This document shows, in pieces, positions 48,105 to 62,800 of a stretch of DNA of 64,000 bases. The position numbers and the translations under genes are program-made. The notes below the pieces were generated by a model. The model searched no databases. It saw only the letters and a list, made by a program, of their open reading frames with translations, and was not told where the DNA came from. This stretch comes from an uncultured Actinomycetes bacterium (lineage in GTDB: Bacteria; Actinomycetota; Actinomycetes; Mycobacteriales; Mycobacteriaceae): assembly GCA_903877095.1 (NCBI GenBank), contig CAIRCP010000080.1, forward strand, positions 4,259-68,258, written 5' to 3'. Numbering within the stretch: position 1 is the stretch's first letter; every line of letters starts with the position of its first letter.

Positions 48105-49780
48105 GGCTTGGGACGCCGCGGCTTCCCCCCCGTCGGGCGTGCGGAGCCGGCACGGTCGGGTTTGAGGTCGATCAGCACACCCTGAATGCGGGTGTTCTCC
48201 AACTTCTCCCAGGTTTCTTTCGAGAGCTTGGCCGGCAACTCAACCAGCGAGTGGTCCACCTTGATACTGATGTGGCCGAAGTCGCTGCGATGCAGACCGC
48301 CCTCATTGGCGATGGCGCCGACGATCGCACCGGGGTTCACCTTGTGTCGCTTACCGACCGAGATGCGGTAGGTGGCGAGGTCGTCGCGGACCTTGCGGGG
48401 CGCACGCTCGCGATCCGGCTGGTCGGTGCGCTCGCGGCGCTTCTCCGGCGGCGGCTCGGTCATCAGGAACTCCGCCCCCGCCCGGGCCTGAACCGCCAGT
48501 GCAGCGGCGATATCGGCCATCGGGACGTCATGGTCGCGCCCGTACTGCTCGACGAGCTTGCGGTAGACGTCGAATCCCGCACCACCCATCGCCTCGGTGA
48601 TGGACTCGCGGAACTTCTCGACCCGCTGGGCGTTGACGTCGTCGACCGACGGCAGATCAGCCTCGGTGATGGGCTGCCGGGTCACCTTCTCGATGGACTT
48701 GAGCAGATGACGTTCCCGTGGTGAGACGAACAGCAGCGCGTTGCCTGAGCGGCCGGCCCGGCCGGTGCGCCCGATGCGGTGCACGTAGGACTCCGGGTCG
48801 TGCGGAATGTCGTAGTTCACCACGTGCGAAATACGTTCCACGTCAAGGCCTCTGGCGGCGACGTCGGTGGCCACCAGGATGTCGATGGTGCCGTCCTTGA
48901 GTTGGGCGATGGTCCGCTCCCGAACGGCCTGTGCGACGTCGCCGTTGATCGCGGCCGCGGCGAACCCGCGGGCACGCAGCTTTTCGGCGACCTCCTCGGT
49001 GGCCTGCTTGGTCCGGACGAACACGATCATCGCCTCGAACGGCTCGACCTCCAGCACGCGGGTCAGGGCGTCCATCTTGCGGTTCCCCGCGACCTCGATG
49101 TAGCGCTGGGTGATGTTCTCGGCCGTGGCGGTCTTCGACTTGACCGCCACCGTGACAGCGTCGTGCAGGTACTTGGTGGTGATCTTGCGAATAGCCGGCG
49201 GCATGGTGGCCGAGAACAGCGCCACCTGTTTGTACTCGGGGGTGTCGGCCAGGATGCGCTCGACGTCCTCGGCGAAACCCATCTGCAGCATCTCGTCGGC
49301 CTCGTCGAGCACCAGGTAGTCCAAGTGCGACAGGTCGAGGGTGCCCCGCTCCAGGTGGTCGATCACCCGGCCGGGGGTGCCCACCACGACCTGGGCGCCG
49401 CGCCGCAGTCCGGCCAGCTGCACGACGTAGGACTGGCCGCCGTAGATCGGCAGCACGTTGATCTTGGGCAGGTGGGCCGCGTAGCGGCTGAACGCCTCCG
49501 CCACCTGTAGTGCCAATTCCCGGGTCGGCGCCAGCACCAGCGCCTGGGTCTGCTTGCTGGCGGGGTCGATGCGGGACAGGATCGGGATCGCGAACGCCGC
49601 GGTTTTGCCGGTGCCGGTCTGCGCCAGCCCCACCACGTCGGAGCCCGCCAACAGGGCCGGGATGGTCGCCGCCTGGATCGCCGACGGCGTCTCGTAGCCC
49701 ACGTCGACGACCGCCCGCAGCACAGCGGGGTGAATCTGCAGTTCGGCGAAGGTATTTGCCGTTTCGGCGGGGATTGTCAT
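48101..49780 (-). CDS. deaD: DEAD-box ATP-dependent RNA helicase
   Basis: ATG 49780 gives MTIPAETANTFAELQIHP.. with a Q motif, AQTGTGKTAAF, VLDEADEML, SAT and HRIGRTGRAG, plus a DbpA-like C-terminal extension and a basic tail. The 769-aa track ORF is an over-extension. Confidence 0.92.
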   Translation of the reverse strand: MTIPAETANTFAELQIHPAVLRAVVDVGYETPSAIQAATIPALLAGSDVVGLAQTGTGKTAAFAIPILSRIDPASKQTQALVLAPTRELALQVAEAFSRYAAHLPKINVLPIYGGQSYVVQLAGLRRGAQVVVGTPGRVIDHLERGTLDLSHLDYLVLDEADEMLQMGFAEDVERILADTPEYKQVALFSATMPPAIRKITTKYLHDAVTVAVKSKTATAENITQRYIEVAGNRKMDALTRVLEVEPFEAMIVFVRTKQATEEVAEKLRARGFAAAAINGDVAQAVRERTIAQLKDGTIDILVATDVAARGLDVERISHVVNYDIPHDPESYVHRIGRTGRAGRSGNALLFVSPRERHLLKSIEKVTRQPITEADLPSVDDVNAQRVEKFRESITEAMGGAGFDVYRKLVEQYGRDHDVPMADIAAALAVQARAGAEFLMTEPPPEKRRERTDQPDRERAPRKVRDDLATYRISVGKRHKVNPGAIVGAIANEGGLHRSDFGHISIKVDHSLVELPAKLSKETWEKLENTRIQGVLIDLKPDRAGSARPTGGKPRRPKP

Positions 49781-49828
49781 CGGCTGGGAGTCTAGTGCCT
49801 GTGTGCGCGTCGGACCGGTTGTTGAAGG

Positions 49829-50389
49829 TTGGCGCCGGTACCGTGCTCCGATGTGTGGGATCGGTTGACAACCACAGGGCTGGCCGTTGCCTTGGCAGCG
49901 ACCGTCGCCGTGACGCTGGCCGGGTGCGGTTCCGGGGACTCGACGGTGTCCAAGACGCCGTTGCCGTCGACCAGCGCAACTGCCGCTGCCGCACCGGCAG
50001 CACCGCCACCGCCCGATCCGTGTGCGGTGAATCTCGCGGCGCCGACGGTCGCCAAAGCGGTGTCGGAACTGCCGAAGGACCCGCGCAGCCAGCAGGGCTG
50101 GAATCCCGAGCCGTTGACGGGCAATTACAACGAGTGCGCCCCGTTGTCGGTGGTGATCGTCAAAGCCAACACCAACGCGGCCAATCCCAATACCCGCGCG
50201 GTGATGTTCCACCTGGGTAAGTACATTCCGACCGGCGTCCCGGACACCTACGGCTTCAACGGTTTCGACCCCGCGCAAAGCACCGGCGACACCGTCGCGC
50301 TGACCTTCGCCGGCGGGATGGGACTGCAAAGTGTCGTGCGGTTCCGGTGGAACGGCAACGGCGTCGAGTTGATCGGCAACACGGGATGA
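49829..50389 (+). CDS. lprE: LppP/LprE-family lipoprotein
   Basis: Signal peptide with lipobox TLAGC, an Ala/Pro linker, then ..GNYNECAPLSVVIV..AVMFHLGKY... Divergent from deaD, as Rv1252c is. Confidence 0.7.
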   Translation: MAPVPCSDVWDRLTTTGLAVALAATVAVTLAGCGSGDSTVSKTPLPSTSATAAAAPAAPPPPDPCAVNLAAPTVAKAVSELPKDPRSQQGWNPEPLTGNYNECAPLSVVIVKANTNAANPNTRAVMFHLGKYIPTGVPDTYGFNGFDPAQSTGDTVALTFAGGMGLQSVVRFRWNGNGVELIGNTG

Positions 50390-50871
50390 CCCGGCAGACG
50401 ACCGCCGCAATCGCGCTGTGCGCGGCCGTCATCGCCGTGTTGGTCTCATCCGCTGACGCCGGTGCGGATCTCGGGTCGACCACCACCGTCAACGGCGCGA
50501 AGCCACCGGCGACCGCCGCTCCCCTGTCGGACCTGACGATGATGCTCGACACCGTCCAGGCCGACGGCCAGCGCCTGCTGGTGCAGCAGGGCATCCGCAA
50601 ACCGGGTACCCGCGCCCCCATCCAGTACCACGACTTCGGCGGCCACACCTGCGTGCTGAGCGGGACGATCACCGACTTCGTGGAAGGCAAAGACCCGATG
50701 TCCGTTTCGGCGGGATCCTGCTACTACCTGCCGCCCGACACCGCGATGACGGCGGCCAATCTCGGCAAGGAGGACGTCCGGTTGATCGACACGTTCGTGT
50801 TGCCGCCCGACGCCCCGGCCATCATCGTTCTGGAACCGGGGTGGCCGGACCTCACCGACCCCACCGGCTGA
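50386..50871 (+). CDS. secreted cupin-like protein (hypothetical)
   Basis: ATGA overlap with the lipoprotein gene. Signal peptide AAIALCAAVIAVLVSSADA. YHDFGGHTCVLSGTITDF..SAGSCYYLPPDTAMTAANLG resembles a cupin_2 beta-barrel core. Confidence 0.55.
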   Translation: MTRQTTAAIALCAAVIAVLVSSADAGADLGSTTTVNGAKPPATAAPLSDLTMMLDTVQADGQRLLVQQGIRKPGTRAPIQYHDFGGHTCVLSGTITDFVEGKDPMSVSAGSCYYLPPDTAMTAANLGKEDVRLIDTFVLPPDAPAIIVLEPGWPDLTDPTG

Positions 50872-50898
50872 CTTCCGGCGTTTCCTTAGAGTGGCCCC

Positions 50899-52248
50899 AT
50901 GACCTCGCTGTTCGGCCGATTGTCGGACATCGTGGGTGCCGAGCACGTCGTCACCGACGCCGATGTGCTGGCCGCCCGGACCGTCGACTGGACCGGAAGG
51001 TACCGAGGCACCGCCAGCGCACTGGCCCGGCCGGGCAGCCCCGATGAGGTCGGCGCGGTGCTCCGAGCCTGCCGCGACGCCGGCGCCGCGGTGACGGTCC
51101 AGGGCGGGCGCACCTCCCTGGTCGCCGGGACCGTGCCCGAACACCGCGACGTGCTGCTGTCCACCGAGCGCCTCATCGGCATCGGCGATCTCGACGCCGT
51201 CGAACGTCGGATCCGCGTCCGAGCCGGCGTGACACTGGCCGCGGTGCAGCAGGTCGCCACCGGCGCCGGACTGCTGTTCGGGGTGGACCTGACCGCCCGC
51301 GACTCGGCAACCATCGGGGGCATGGCGTCAACCAACGCCGGCGGGCTGCGCACGGTGCGCTACGGCCCGATGAGCGCACAGGTGCTCGGCCTGGAAGTCG
51401 CCCTGCCCAACGGGTCGGTGGTGCAACGGCAGTCGCGGGTGCGCTCGGACAACACCGGCTATGACCTGGCTGCTCTGTTCGTCGGCGCCGAAGGCACGCT
51501 CGGCGTGATCACCGCCGTCGACCTCCGGCTGCACCCGCAGCCCACCCACCGGGTGACCGCGGTCTGCGGCTTCGCCGACCTCGACGCACTGGTCTGCGCC
51601 GGACGCGGCCTGCGCGAGATCGAATCCATCGCAGCACTGGAGTTGATCGACGGTCGCGCCGGAGGCCTGGCTGCCGAACACCTCGGCGTCGCTTCACCGG
51701 TTCCCGGCGACTGGCTGCTGCTGGTCGAGTTGGCCGGCGCAGCAGACGATCTCACCGACCGACTCGCCACCGCGCTGGATGACGTCGGCGTGGGGGCCCC
51801 GGCGGTCGGCACCGACACGCGCACACAACAGCGACTCTGGCAGCTGCGGGAGTCGGTGGCCGAGGTGGTCGGCGTCTTCGGCCCGCCGGTGAAATTCGAT
51901 GTTTCCCTGCCGCTTTCGGAGATCTCAGACTTCATCCGGGATGCCGACGCGTTGATCGCGCGACACGCCCCGCAGGCGATTCCGCTGCTGTTCGGACACG
52001 TCGGCGAGGGCAACCTGCATCTCAACGTCCTGCGCTGCAACGGCGACAGCGAAGCCCGGATCTACCCGGCGATGATGGAAATCATTGCCGCCCATGGCGG
52101 CAACGTCAGCTCCGAGCACGGGGTCGGCAGCCGCAAACGCGGCTATCTGACGATGTCCCGACAAATCGCCGATATCGCCGTCATGCGGACAATCAAGGAT
52201 GCGCTGGACCCGACGGGCTACCTGAATCCGGCGGTGCTGTTCGACTGA
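50899..52248 (+). CDS. FAD-linked oxidase (D-lactate / D-2-hydroxyacid dehydrogenase-like)
   Basis: 449 aa. FAD_binding_4 pattern ([13 protein letters not shown]) and a C-terminal [11 protein letters not shown]. Paralogous to 44993..46369. Confidence 0.85.
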   Translation: MTSLFGRLSDIVGAEHVVTDADVLAARTVDWTGRYRGTASALARPGSPDEVGAVLRACRDAGAAVTVQGGRTSLVAGTVPEHRDVLLSTERLIGIGDLDAVERRIRVRAGVTLAAVQQVATGAGLLFGVDLTARDSATIGGMASTNAGGLRTVRYGPMSAQVLGLEVALPNGSVVQRQSRVRSDNTGYDLAALFVGAEGTLGVITAVDLRLHPQPTHRVTAVCGFADLDALVCAGRGLREIESIAALELIDGRAGGLAAEHLGVASPVPGDWLLLVELAGAADDLTDRLATALDDVGVGAPAVGTDTRTQQRLWQLRESVAEVVGVFGPPVKFDVSLPLSEISDFIRDADALIARHAPQAIPLLFGHVGEGNLHLNVLRCNGDSEARIYPAMMEIIAAHGGNVSSEHGVGSRKRGYLTMSRQIADIAVMRTIKDALDPTGYLNPAVLFD

Positions 52249-53846
52249 CGCGTGTGCCGGCCGTAACTGGCTGCAGCAGTGTCCATTTCGATTTGATCAA
52301 CCACCGGCAGCCGGTCGGTGATCTCCTCAGGGGTGGGGCCGGGGATCCGCGCCGGTGACGCGCCCACCATGAAGATGGCGGCGACCACACCGAACAGCGC
52401 CACGAAGGCCGGGAGCAGGATCGATTGCGACATCGCGGCGGCGAACGGAGCGTGCAGGAATGCCGGAAGATGCATCACGTCGGACTCTCCGCGCGGCGCC
52501 GCCCCCGGCGGCCCGGCCGGCATCTCGGCGGTCACCCGCGACGACATGAACGCCGCCATGCTGGCACTGCCGAGCACCGAGCCGACTTGCCGGGTGGTGT
52601 TGTAGACGCCCGACCCGGCGCCGGCCAGTCGGGCGGGGAGATTGCGGGTTGCGTTGGCGCCCAACGGAGCCCAGATGAACGCCATCCCGATCCCCAGCGC
52701 GGCGAACGGCAGCAGCAGTCGCCAGATCGGCGTGCTCGGCGTCATCTCGACCGACAGCCACAGCAAAGCGACAGCCACGGTGGAGAAACCAAATCCGACA
52801 ATCGGTCTGGGGTGGGCGCGGTCGACGATCCGGCCGACGAACGGCGCGAGCACACCGGAAACGACCGCCATCGGGGCGGTGAGCAGCGCCGCCCGGGTCG
52901 GCGGCAGACTGCACACCGCCTGCGCATAGAACATCACCGGAAGGATCATCGCGGTCACCGCGAAACCGATGACCGCGATGCCGACATTGGCCAGGCTGAA
53001 ATCCCGGTCGCGAAACATCTCCAGCGGGATCAGCGGTTCGCGGGTATTCACGGACTGCCAGTAGACGAACACCGCCATCGTCACGACGCCGGCGGCGATC
53101 GTCGCCCAGATCCACGGTGCCCAGTCGTGTGTCTGACCCTCCTGCAAGCCGAAGACGATCAGAAACAGCCCGATCCCGGAGAGCGCCACGCCGAGGAAGT
53201 CGAAACGGTGCGGATGGGTTTCCAGCACCGGAATGAGCCGAGCCGAGGCCACCAGGCCGAGGATCCCGATCGGCACGTTGACGAAGAAGATCCACGACCA
53301 GCCCAGATTGTCGACCAGCACACCGCCGGCCAGCGGCCCCAGCAGCGTGGCCACCCCGGCCGTCGCACCCCACATCGACAGCGCCACACCGCGACGCTCG
53401 GGCGGGAAGATCCGGGTGATCGTCGAGAGGGTCTGCGGGGTGAGCAACGCCGCGCCGATGCCCTGCACCACCCGCGCGGTGATCAGCATGTCGATCGATC
53501 CCGACAGCCCGCACCACAGCGAGGCGGCGGTGAATACGGCCAATCCGATGAGGTAGAGGTTCTTCGGGCCGAACCGGTCGCCGAGGCGTCCCGAGAGCAG
53601 CAGCGGCACGGCATAGCCGAGTAGGTAGGCGCTGGTGACCCAGATGATGCTGTCGTAGCTGCTGATGTTGAGCGCGGCCATGATGCTCGGATTGGCCACC
53701 GAGACGATCGTCGAGTCGACCAGGATCATGAAGAAGCCGACGAGCATGGCCCACAGCGCGGGCCACGGATCGGGTTGGCCGCCGGAGTCCGTCCGCCGAT
53801 CCGAGCTTTGCATCGTCGCACCGGCCATAGCGCACGATGCTGCCAC
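52218..53846 (-). CDS. MFS transporter, DHA2 (EmrB/QacA, 14-TMS) family
   Basis: About 14 hydrophobic helices. Motif A-like [14 protein letters not shown]. The start may be the internal Met at 53813. Confidence 0.85.
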   Translation of the reverse strand: MAASCAMAGATMQSSDRRTDSGGQPDPWPALWAMLVGFFMILVDSTIVSVANPSIMAALNISSYDSIIWVTSAYLLGYAVPLLLSGRLGDRFGPKNLYLIGLAVFTAASLWCGLSGSIDMLITARVVQGIGAALLTPQTLSTITRIFPPERRGVALSMWGATAGVATLLGPLAGGVLVDNLGWSWIFFVNVPIGILGLVASARLIPVLETHPHRFDFLGVALSGIGLFLIVFGLQEGQTHDWAPWIWATIAAGVVTMAVFVYWQSVNTREPLIPLEMFRDRDFSLANVGIAVIGFAVTAMILPVMFYAQAVCSLPPTRAALLTAPMAVVSGVLAPFVGRIVDRAHPRPIVGFGFSTVAVALLWLSVEMTPSTPIWRLLLPFAALGIGMAFIWAPLGANATRNLPARLAGAGSGVYNTTRQVGSVLGSASMAAFMSSRVTAEMPAGPPGAAPRGESDVMHLPAFLHAPFAAAMSQSILLPAFVALFGVVAAIFMVGASPARIPGPTPEEITDRLPVVDQIEMDTAAASYGRHTRQSNSTAGFR

Positions 53847-53915
53847 CGCCGAGCTTGTTAGGTTCTTTCGGGGCGGTCAACCAGTCCCGCCGACATTCGC
53901 ACAGGGGGCCACGTC

Positions 53916-55007
53916 ATGCACGCAGATCGATTTCGCCGGTTGGTCGACGCACCGGGACCGTTCATCTCGATCTATTTCGACGATTCGCACGACACCGCCG
54001 ACGCAGGGGCCCAACTCGACGCGCGACTTCGCGACATCCGGAAGAACCTGGAAGACCAGTCGGTCGACGCGGGCGTGATCGAGGGCATCGAAGCGGGCGT
54101 GCGGGCCAAGCACCCGCCCGTCGGTCGCAGCGGCCGCGGGGTCGTCGCGTCGGCGACTACCGGGGCGATCCTGCTCGACCAGCATCTGAGCGTCCCGCCC
54201 GTCACGACGCTGATCCGGGTCTCCGACCTGCCCTATATCGTCCCGATCGTCGAGCACGGCGTCCCGCACACCTCGTGGCTGATGGTGGTTGTCGACAACA
54301 CCGGAGCCGACATCTCGCTGCACGACGACGCCACCGCCACCGTCGAGGGCCCCGGATATCCGGTGCACAAGGCGCACGCAGGGTTCGGCGGTCCGCAGGG
54401 CCGGGTGGAAGAAGAGGTCCGCAAGAACATCCGCGAAGTCGCCGACCGGCTCACCCGCCTGGTCGACGAGACCGGAGCCGACGTCGTGTTCATCACCGGA
54501 GAGGTGGCAGCGCGCGCCGAACTGCTGGGCGAACTGCCGGAACGGGTCGCGGCCAAGGCGGTCCAGTTGCAGGGCGGCGGACGCACCGCGGGAACCGACC
54601 CTGCCGAGGTGGACCGCGAGATCGCCGACGAGTTCACCCGTCGCCGCAACGCCGTCGTCTCCGATGCGGCCGAGCGATACGCCGCGGGACACGGCACCGG
54701 ACGTGCGCTCGATGGCCTCGCCGACGTGACCGCGGCACTGCGTGACGGCGCAGTGGACACCCTCATCATCGGCCATGTCGGCGGCGCGACTGTGGTTGCC
54801 GACCACGACCAACTGCTGCTCGCCGGCCCGGATGCCGAGACCGTGTCGGCTCTCGGCGGCTCCCCCGACCGGGTGTTGCCGGCCGACGAGGCCCTGCCGT
54901 TGCTCGCGGTGGCCACCGGCGCGGCGATGGTGCCGGCCGCCGAGAATCTGACCCTGACCGACGGCGTCGGCGCGGTTCTTCGCTACGCCGACCCCGGCGC
55001 GCGGTGA
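53916..55007 (+). CDS. Rv2629-like protein with eRF1/Pelota-type C-terminal domain (bacterial eRF1 homologue family)
   Basis: 363 aa. The C-terminal ..GRALDGLADVTAALRDGAVDTLIIG.. fits the eRF1 domain-3 pattern (G..V..AL..GAV.TLL). The N-terminus FRRLVDAPGPFISIYFDDSHDT resembles this mycobacterial family as I recall it. Confidence 0.6.
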   Translation: MHADRFRRLVDAPGPFISIYFDDSHDTADAGAQLDARLRDIRKNLEDQSVDAGVIEGIEAGVRAKHPPVGRSGRGVVASATTGAILLDQHLSVPPVTTLIRVSDLPYIVPIVEHGVPHTSWLMVVVDNTGADISLHDDATATVEGPGYPVHKAHAGFGGPQGRVEEEVRKNIREVADRLTRLVDETGADVVFITGEVAARAELLGELPERVAAKAVQLQGGGRTAGTDPAEVDREIADEFTRRRNAVVSDAAERYAAGHGTGRALDGLADVTAALRDGAVDTLIIGHVGGATVVADHDQLLLAGPDAETVSALGGSPDRVLPADEALPLLAVATGAAMVPAAENLTLTDGVGAVLRYADPGAR

Positions 55008-55103
55008 CGACGATCACCTTCGGGCACTTCCGTCGGTCTTCCGTTCGTTAGCCTGGGCGTCAACACACCCCAGAGGAAGTCTGGCCCGGAGGGAAGGCCC
55101 CGC

Positions 55104-55871
55104 ATGACGTTTGGCCGCAAGCAGAAGGCACCCGACAATTTGCCGGCGAAGCCCGAGGATTCCGGCATGTCGGCCAAGATGCTGTCCAACATCCTGGAGT
55201 CCAGCTCCCGGGTGCAGGCTCCGGCCGTACGCGCCTACGTCGCCCGGTTGCGTCGCAGCAACCCGGAAGCCAGCCCGGCAGAGATCGTCGCGAAACTCGA
55301 AAAGCACTACCTGTCGGCGGTCATGGCCAGCGGCGCGGCCGTCGGTTCCGCGGCGGCCTACCCCGGCATCGGAACAATCGTGGCGCTCTCCGCGGTGGCC
55401 GGCGAGACCGTGGTGTTCCTCGAAGCGACGGCCGCCTTCGTGCTGGCGGTCGCCGACGTGCACGGCATCCCGGTGGAGGACCGGGAGCGCCGGCGTTATC
55501 TGGTGCTCGCGGCATTGGTCGGCGAGGACGGAAAGGGAGCGGTCAAGGACTTCCTCGGCGCCGGCCGCACCAGTGGCGCCTGGCTGGCCGAGGCGGAACT
55601 CCTTCCGTTGCCGGTGGTGACCCAGCTCAACACCAAATTGATGCATTACTTCGTCAAGAAGTACGCGGTCAAGCGGACCGCCATGGCGTTCGGCAAGCTG
55701 CTGCCGGTCGGGATCGGCGCCGCGGTGGGCGGCGGCGGCAACCGCATGATGGGAAAGAAGATCGTCGAGAACGCGCGCGTCGCGTTCGGCCCGGCGCCCG
55801 CGCGCTGGCCGGTGACTCTCCATGTGCTCCCCGGTTCCAACGAGGTGACCCTCATCGAGGACGGTCGCTAA
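55104..55871 (+). CDS. conserved hypothetical membrane-associated protein (gene upstream of kgd, Rv1249c-like by position)
   Basis: 255 aa with Gly/Ala-rich hydrophobic segments (SAVMASGAAVGSAAAYPGIGTIVALSAVAG; LLPVGIGAAVGGGG). Assignment is by synteny only. Confidence 0.6.
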   Translation: MTFGRKQKAPDNLPAKPEDSGMSAKMLSNILESSSRVQAPAVRAYVARLRRSNPEASPAEIVAKLEKHYLSAVMASGAAVGSAAAYPGIGTIVALSAVAGETVVFLEATAAFVLAVADVHGIPVEDRERRRYLVLAALVGEDGKGAVKDFLGAGRTSGAWLAEAELLPLPVVTQLNTKLMHYFVKKYAVKRTAMAFGKLLPVGIGAAVGGGGNRMMGKKIVENARVAFGPAPARWPVTLHVLPGSNEVTLIEDGR

Positions 55872-56034
55872 CGGCGTTCCGGCCTGCCAAGCATGCGCCT
55901 GACGCGCCTCGGGAACACCGCGGACGAGATAGCCTTGAGGCGTCGTCGACTGCCCGGGTTCGGTCGGTCGGCGAGCGCGTCGCGATAGCGGCGCGTGCGG
56001 GCATCAGGGCATGAGAATCGAGGCGAGCGACTCC

Positions 56035-59768
<3,734 letters not shown>

Positions 59769-59781
<13 letters not shown>

Positions 59782-59801
59782 GCGAAGCGAAGACGAACGC
59801 C
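59769..59801 (+). terminator. candidate stem-loop spanning the kgd stop codon
   Basis: GGCGTTCG (59769-59776) pairs with CGAACGCC (59794-59801), an 8-bp stem with a 17-nt loop and no U-tract. A third copy, GGCGTTCG at 59825-59832, allows an alternative pairing. Confidence 0.3.
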
Positions 59802-59856
59802 GAGGAGAATCAGGGTTCAGACGAGGCGTTCGGCTAAGGCGCGCAGCGCCGCAGCG

Positions 59857-62800
59857 CTAAGTACGTGACTCCTCGGCGTACCGCGGCGCCAGGGACTCCA
59901 TCTGGTTCATCACCGCGACAATCGCGGCCGGCTGCTGATCCGGGGGGTAACCGTACTTTCGCAGCAGCCTCTTGATGGATGCTCGCAACTTGGCCTTGAC
60001 GTCTTCGCGCACCGTCCAATCGACGCGGGTGTCGCGGCGCATCGTGGCCACCAAATCCCTCGCGATTTGGGCGAGTACGTCATCGCCCATAACATCCACC
60101 GCCGAAGGGTTTTGGGAGACGACGTCGTAGAAGGCAAGTTCGTCAGTGGCCAGGGGCGGTGTGAACTGCTTCCCACGATCCGCCTCCGCGACGACTTCCT
60201 CCGCGAGTTCGACCAGCCGAGCGATCACCTCGGCCGCCGTCAACTGCTGATTGGCGTATTTGGTCAGCAGATCGTTGATACGTTCGGAGAACAGCTTGCT
60301 GCGCACGTCATTGCCCCGGGTCGACTCGCGGGCCTGCTGCAGCAGGCTCGCCTTGAGGGCCTCGATCGCCAAGTGCGCCTTGCTGGGCTTCTGCGCATCC
60401 TCCACCCACGTGGGCGTGAGGTGGTCGAGCTGCGGAAGGTCCAGACCTGCCGCCCGGTAGATGTCCAAGACGCCGGTCGTCTCCGCAGAGCCGACCACGA
60501 TTTCGCCCAGGAGTCGCTTGATGTCGTCGGGAATCGGCTCGCCGGAGGCCAGGCGATCACGGGCATCCAGCTTCGCCATCCACCCGCGAACTTCTTCGTA
60601 GAACCGGACGTCCGGACGAACACGTTCAAGCTCGGCGTCCTTATCGGCGTGTCCACCAGCCAGCGCCCAGGCTCTGGCCAGCTTCGCCGAAAGCTCCCGG
60701 AACCGGTTAGCAAGCGGCCGAATCGCAGGATCGTCCGGATCGAGATTCCCTGGCGTCGACGGCGAGCGCAGCTTGATGGTGACGTCACGAGTTGCACTGT
60801 GCCAACCGGTCTTTCGATCGGCTCGTACGGTATCGCGCCATTCTTCGCCCACCAGTTCGTGCAGTTTGGCCAATAGTTCACAGATGATCGCCGCCGTCTC
60901 GGCGACGTTCTGACCGACGAACTTGTCACCGGTCGCGGCCGTGTCGCGGGTGAACTCGGCCAGCGCTCGGGTCAGGCTCTCCACCAACGGCGAGTAGGCG
61001 ACGAGCAGCCCATCCTGCTTCCCCTGGTAGGTGCGGTTCACCCTGGCCAGGGTCTGCATCAGCAACGCGCCCTTGAGTGGGCGGTCCACGTAGAGGGTGT
61101 GCAGCGCCGGTGCGTCAAAGCCGGTCAGCATCATGTCCTTGACGATCACGATCTGAAGTTCATCGGTGGGGTTTTTGACCCGTTCCTTGACCGCAGCGTT
61201 CGCACTCGGACGTCGCATGTGCTTCTTGATAGCGGCGCTGTCGCCGGGCGTGGCCGTATACACGACCTTCACCACACCCTTGTCATCCGCGTCGTTGTGC
61301 CAGTCGGGACGCAGAGCGATCAGTTCCTCATAAAGCCGCGCTGCAATATTCCGGGTGGCACACACCACCATGGCTTTACCGGCGCCGCCGATGAATGGCC
61401 GCATCAGATCGCGCCGCGTCTCCCAGTGCTTCACCAAATCACCGGCCAACTCGCGCACTCGCTCCGGCGAGCCATACACGGTGTCGAGCACGGCAACGCT
61501 TCTTTGCAGCCGCTCCTTATCCGCATCGTCCAGACCGACCATGACCTCTTCGGCGGCGTCGTCGATCTGTTCGTCATCGACGCCGTCGACACGGGCCAAT
61601 TTGATAAGCCGCGGCTCGAACAGCACTGGAACGGTCGCACCGTCGGTGACCGCACGGTGCAGGTCGTACACGTCGATGTCGTCGCCGAATACCCGACGGG
61701 TATCGCGCTCTCCTTCGGAGATGGGAGTGCCGGTGAATGCGATCAAGGTGGCATGCGGCAGAGCGTTCTTCAAGTGCGCGGCGTAGCCGTCGAGGTTGTC
61801 GTAGTGGCTACGGTGCGCCTCATCGGCGATGACGATGATATTGCGCCGCTTCGATAGCAGCGGATGGTCGGCGCCCGCTTCGCGCTCCTCCTTGCTCAGC
61901 CCGAACTTCTGCAGTGTCGAGAAGTAGATGCCGCCGCTGCGGGTATCGGTCAGCTTCTCCCGGAGTTGTTCGCGGCTGCTCACCTGCTGGGGCTGTTCGG
62001 GCAACAACGTGCTGATCTTGAAGCTGTCGTACAGCTGGCTGTCGAGTTCCGTGCGATCGGTCAACACGATGACGGTGGGATTGGCCAACCGCGGGTGTCG
62101 CATCACCTTCGCGGTGTAGAGCTCCATCTCCATCGATTTCCCGGAGCCCTGGGTGTGCCACACGACACCGGCGCGGCCGTCGGAGTCGACCGCCTCAACG
62201 GTGCTCCCCACGGCTTTGGTGACGGCAAAGTACTGGTGCGGCTTAGCGATTCGCTTTCGTAACCCGGATTCATCTTGGTCGAATGCGGTGAAGTCACGAA
62301 GCAGCTGCCCGAAGCGCTCGACGTTGTAGACACCGTCGATGGTGAGGTCCAGCTCGGTCGCGGGTTTTCCATCGTCGGCCAACTCGCCGTAAGACAGGGG
62401 GCGCCCGTCGTCATCGACATTCCACGGTGCGAAGTGGTTCCACGGCGTGAAGGGGGTGCCGTACTTGGCATTGATGCCGTCGGTCACCAAGACGAAGCAG
62501 GCAAAGCGAAACGCCATGGGAAATTCCAGCAGGTACGTCTGCAGCTGGTTGTAGGCGGCTTCGGCGCCGGCAGATCGGGAGCCGGCCTGCTTGAGTTCAA
62601 CGATCGACAGCGGAAAGCCGTTGACGTACAGCACGATGTCGAACCGGCGCTGGTATTCGTGGTTGCGAACGGTCAACTGGTTGACTGCCAGGTAACGGTT
62701 CTTCGCGGGATCGGCAGACATGAACCGAATAATCGGGTTGACCTCTCGACCGTCGTGGTCGACGTAGCTGATGCCGCGGTAGCCCTCGGTGAGAATCCGG

